Assembly: GCA_032718475.1 (NCBI GenBank) | Contig: JAUCBJ010008232.1 | Location: 1 to 64,000 of the forward strand | DNA from: Nemertoderma westbladi | Lineage: Eukaryota > Animalia > Xenacoelomorpha | DNA: 64,000 nucleotides | Reading direction: 5' to 3' | In this document: positions 59,384 through 64,000 of the stretch, piece by piece | Position numbering within the stretch: the first letter of the stretch is position 1 | Layout: each line of letters begins with the position of its first letter | Notes under the pieces: generated by a model | Database searches by the model: none | What the model was told of the DNA's origin: nothing | Seen by the model: only the letters and a program-made list of their open reading frames with translations | Made by a program: the position numbers and the translations under genes

Positions 59384-60336
59384 TCTGTTCTGAATTCAAT
59401 GGAATATATAATTATCTAACTAGACATATCAAACTGTATTTTTCGGAAGTGGGTGCAAAATGTGGTGCTAGCACCAAAATTTGAAATCAATCAAATATAT
59501 CAATTGATTGTGTCACCTTGTTTCTTGCGTTATACGGGTTTGTGAGGGTTCTGAATTCAATGGAATCAGTAAAAATTTCACAAGAGTTTTCAAACTTGTA
59601 TTTTTCGGCGGTGGTTGAAAATTGTTGTGCCAGCACCAAATTTTGGAAAATAAACAAATTGATCAGAAGACAGTATTATCTTGTTTCTTGCGTTATACGG
59701 GTTTATGAGCGTCCTGAATCCGATGGAATGAATAAAAACAGCACTGGACATCGCAAACTTGTACTTTTTGGTGATGGGTACGAAATTTGGTGCTAGCACC
59801 AAAATTTGCCAAATTACGCCGAAAAATACAAGTTGCAATGATCTGGCATATTAGAAATGTATTCCATTAGAATCAGCGCCCAAGAAAACCTAAAAATGTG
59901 AATTTATAGCATCATATAAGTGAATTAAAAATGTTGTGTTCAAACTGAAAAGTGCTGGTTAGTTGTTTTTTTCATTTTTTTCCTACGCAGAGAGGACTAA
60001 ACAGCCATTTATAGTAACTATTTCATTTTTAAATATTTTCCAATCTATTTTGCGGCCCAGAAAACCTGTATTGAAAAACAATTAGCCGAGAAATGTAACT
60101 TTCAAATTTTGTAAAAATTGTGCACTACTTGTAATTTTGGTGCTGCAATATATAACCCCAGTACATTTTTTCGAAAATTTTTTTTCGGTCGGATCCAGAC
60201 TAGTGATACCTACGTACAAACAAAAAATCAGACGTTTTCGTAAAAATCTGTAGATTTTAGAGGGGGGGGGGGGGGGGGGGGGGGGTGGGGGGTCAATGGT
60301 ATTTGTACAACATTTTATAGCCCGGTACTAATAGGG
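59384..60336. mobile_element. Second, left-truncated copy of the piggyBac-type element right half
   Basis: Similar to ~57385-58328 and ends AATAGGG|TTAA (60337-60340). Confidence 0.8.
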
Positions 60337-60684
60337 TTAAGATGCGTCTCAAGAAAGTCATGGGCTGTCCACCATGCTTATTCACTCCATGAGGCTGCCA
60401 AAGTACAAGATTATGCACTGGCTAACGGAACTCCATATCCAATATTAGTTTATATTGTTAAGAGGCTCTCTAGTTACGTAATAAATATTCGATAACACTA
60501 ATTTATTTAACATTGAGAAAGGCGGTATCAGGAGTTGAAGAGTACAGTAAATTGAATTGCAGTAACTATGGAAGCAATATAGTAAAATACTACAGTTCAA
60601 TTTATTTTGTAACACTACTGTACTTATTTATTGCTCAATTATTTAATAAAAGATTATAGAGCGTTATAAAATAAATTGAACAGT

Positions 60685-61220
60685 AGTTACCTTTTCTCTA
60701 AATGTTACAGAAACGGACTCGGAACAGTTATGTCTGTTTTTTCAATAAAAAATACCTTAAATCTCGTAAAATATCAAAAAACGTTGTGTTTGAACCCAAA
60801 TATCGCGAGAACTACAAATCATATGTAAAAACGGTTACTGTATTTGGAATCTGCTGTTAATTTAACACTAAAAGAAGTATCACAAGTTACCTTTTCTCTA
60901 AATGTTACAGAAACGGACTGGGAATAGTTATGTCTGCTTTTTCAATAAAAAATACTTTAAATCTCGTAAAATATCAAAAAACGTTGTGTTTGAACCCAAA
61001 TATCGCGAGAACTACAAATCATATGTAAAAACGGTTACTGAATTTGGAATCTGCTGTTAATTTAACACTAAAAGAAGTATCACAAGTTACCTTTTCTCTA
61101 AATGTTACAGAAACGGACTGGGAATAGTTATGTCTGCTTTTTCAATAAAAAATATTTTAAATCTCGTAAAATATCAAAAAACGTTTGTGTTTGAACCAAA
61201 ATATCGTGAGAACAATAAAT
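60685..61220. repeat. ~200-bp tandem repeat, ~2.7 copies
   Basis: AGTTACCTTTTCTCTAAATGTTACAGAAACGGACT at ~60685, ~60886 and ~61086. Confidence 0.9.
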
Positions 61221-61223
61221 CTA

Positions 61224-63955
61224 TGACATTTCAAAATCTCAATTTAAAAATGACATTTTGGCAAAATGACATGTCAAAATGTCAATTTCAAAATGACATT
61301 TTGAAAAAATGACAAAATATCAATTTGAAAATGCCATTTTGCCAAAATGACATGCCAAAATGTCAATTTGAAAATGACATTTTGACAAAATGACATGTGA
61401 AAATGTCAATTTCAAAATTACATTTTGGCAAAATGACATGTCAAAATGACAAAATGTCAATTTGAAAATGACATTTTGCCAAAATGACATGTCAAAATGT
61501 CAATTTCAAAATGACATTTTGAAAAAATGACAAAATGTCAATTTGAAAATGCCATTTTGACAAAATGACATGTCAAAATGTCAATTTCAAAATGACATTT
61601 TGGCAAAATGACATGTCAAAATGTCAATTTGAAAATGACATTTTGAAAAAATGACAAAATGTCAATTTGAAAATGACATTTTGAAAAAATGACAAAATGT
61701 CAATTTGAAAATGACATTTTGCCAAAATGACATGCCGAAATGTCAATTTGAAAATGACATTTTGACAAAATGACATGTCAAAATGTCAATTTCAAAATGA
61801 CATTTTGGCAAAATGACATGTCAAAATGTCAATTTGAAAATGACATTTTGGCAAAATGACATGTCAAAATGACAAAATGTCAATTTGAAAATGACATTTT
61901 GCCAAAATGACATGTCAAAATGTCAATTTGTAAATGAAATTTTGGCAAAATGACATGTCAAAATGTCAAATGTCAATTTAAAAATGACATTTTGACAAAA
62001 TGACATGTCAAAATGTCAATTTCAAAATGACATTTTGGCAAAATGACATGTCAAAATGTCAATTTGAAAATGACATTTGGCAAAATGACATGTCAAAATG
62101 TCAAATGTCAATTTAAAAATGACATTTTGGCAATATGACATGTCAAAATGTCAGTTTCAAAATGACATTTTGGCAAAATGACATGTCAAAATGTCAATTT
62201 GAAAATGACATTTTGGCAAAATGACATGTCAAAATGTCAAATGTCAATTTAAAATGACATTTTGGCAAAATGACATGTCAAAATGTCAATTTCAAAATGA
62301 CATTTCGACAAAATGACAAAATGTCAATTTGAAAATGACATTTTGCCAAAATGACATGTCAAAATGTCAATTTGTAAATGAAATTTTGGCAAAATGACAT
62401 GTCAAAATGTCAAATGTCAATTTAAAAATGACATTTTGGCAAAATGACATGTCAAAATGTCAATTTCAAAATGAAATGTCAAAATGTCAATTTCAAAATG
62501 ACATTTTGGCAAAATGACATGTCAAAATGTCAATTTGAAAATGACATTTTGGCAAAATGACATGTCAAAATGTCAAATGTCAATTTAAAATGACATTTTG
62601 GCAAAATGACATGTCAAAATGTCAATTTCAAAATGACATTTCGACAAAATGACAAAATGACAATTTGAAAATGACATTTTGCCAAAATGACATGTCAAAA
62701 TGTCAATTTGTAAATGAAATTTTGGCAAAATGACATGTCAAAATGTCAAATGCCAATTTAAAAATGACATTTTGGCAAAATGACATGTCAAAATGTCAGT
62801 TTCAAAATGACATTTTGGCAAAATGACATGTCAAAATGTCAATTTGAAAATGACATTTTGGCAAAATGACATGTCAAAATGTCAAATGTCAATTTAAAAT
62901 GACATTTTGGCAAAATGACATGTCAAAATGTCAATTTCAAAATGACATTTCGACAAAATGACAAAATGTCAATTTGAAAATGACATTATTTTGCCAAAAT
63001 GACATGTCAAAATGTCAATTTGTAAATGAAATTTTGGCAAAATGACATGTCAAAATGTCAAATGTCAATTTAAAAATGACATTTTGGCAAAATGACATGT
63101 CAAAATGTCAATTTCAAAATGACATTTCGACAAAATGACAATTTGAAAATGACATTTTGGCAAAATGACATGTCAAAATGTCAAATGTCAATTTAAAATG
63201 ACATTTTGGCAAAATGACATGTCAAAATGTCAATTTCAAAATGACATTTCGACAAAATGATAAAATGTCAATTTGAAAATGACATTTTGCCAAAATGACA
63301 TGTCAAAATGTCAATTTGTAAATGAAATTTTGGCAAAATGACATGTCAAAATGTCAAATGTCAATTTAAAAATGACATTTTGGCAAAATGACATGTCAAG
63401 TGACATTTTGACACAATGACATTTTGACAAAATGACACATGTTATAATGTCAATTCGAAAGTGACATTTTGACAAAATGACATGTCAAAGTGTCAATTTG
63501 AAAGTGACATTTTGGCAAAATGACACATCGAAATGTCAATTCGAAGGTGACATTTTGACAAAAAGACATGTGAAGTGTCAATTTGAAAGTGACATTTTGA
63601 CAAAATGACACATCGAAATGTCAATTCGAAGGTGACATTTTGACAAAAAGACATGTGAAGTGTCAATTTGAAAGTGACATTTTGACAAAATGACATGTCA
63701 AAGTGTCAATTAGAAAGTGACATTTTCACAAAAAGACATGTCAAAGTGTCAATTTGAAAGTGACTTTTTGGCAAAATGACACATCAAAATGTCAATTCGA
63801 AAGTGACATTTTGACAAAAAGACATGTCAAAGTGTCAATTTGAAAGTGACATATTGACACATTGACATTTTGACAAAATGACATTTCATAATTTCATTTT
63901 GAAAATGACATTTTTGCAAAATGACATGTCAAAATTTCAAAATGACATTTTGACA
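61224..63955. repeat. Satellite of 10-11 bp AAAATGACAT/AAAATGTCAA subunits with higher-order periodicity
   Basis: Continuous array with TGACATGTCA palindromes; switches to an AAAGTG variant after ~63400. Confidence 0.95.
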
Positions 63956-63956
63956 A

Positions 63957-64000
63957 ACATAGCATAGCATAGCATAGCATAGCATAGCATATCATAGCAT
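63957..64000. repeat. (CATAG)n microsatellite running off the window end
   Basis: Directly visible. Confidence 0.9.

Noticed and set aside
58712-59399. (SLP/HFP/LTS)n ORFs
   Set aside because: Translations of the 9-bp minisatellite.
56915-59838. Short ORFs within the piggyBac-type elements
   Set aside because: No transposase motifs; they derive from internal AT-rich repeats.
61224-63955. Possible CRISPR-like array
   Set aside because: No unique spacers, no cas genes, eukaryotic TE context; it is a satellite.

Overview
Repeat-saturated eukaryotic DNA, most likely from an invertebrate animal (inferred from the TE families present); no host gene is recognisable. An old minus-strand BEL/Pao retrotransposon (BEL-A) acts as a landing pad: its pol gene is split by four insertions, each with a readable target-site duplication. 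(1) A complete ~20.3 kb Polinton/Maverick (adintovirus-like endogenous virus) at 10328-30635, with AGTAGT...ACTACT termini, ~310 bp TIRs and a CATGCA TSD. It encodes packaging ATPase, integrase, two minor capsid genes, major capsid, adenain-like protease and pPolB, plus non-core RING, DEDD-nuclease-like, TBP-like and PC4-like genes, and itself carries two MITEs. (2) A solo LTR at 30952-31600. (3) A second, full-length BEL/Pao element (BEL-B, 31964-49837) with 1.17 kb LTRs, an extra 3' ORF and an internal 2.5 kb tandem duplication. (4) A full-length L2/CR1-type LINE at 50392-55884. The flanks hold a BEL gag-protease fragment, a 4.9 kb (GACT)n microsatellite, piggyBac-type MITEs and satellites. 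The most interesting observations are: BEL-B has no tRNA-type PBS but an 11-nt PBS-position sequence exactly complementary to a site inside its own LTR (possible Tf1-like self-priming); the Polinton replication arm carries TBP-like and PC4-like genes; and the LINE ORF1 and ORF2 are in frame across one TGA, with ORF2 lacking an AUG and starting with a mucin-like repeat. All calls come from reading the sequence and motif recognition; no database search was run.
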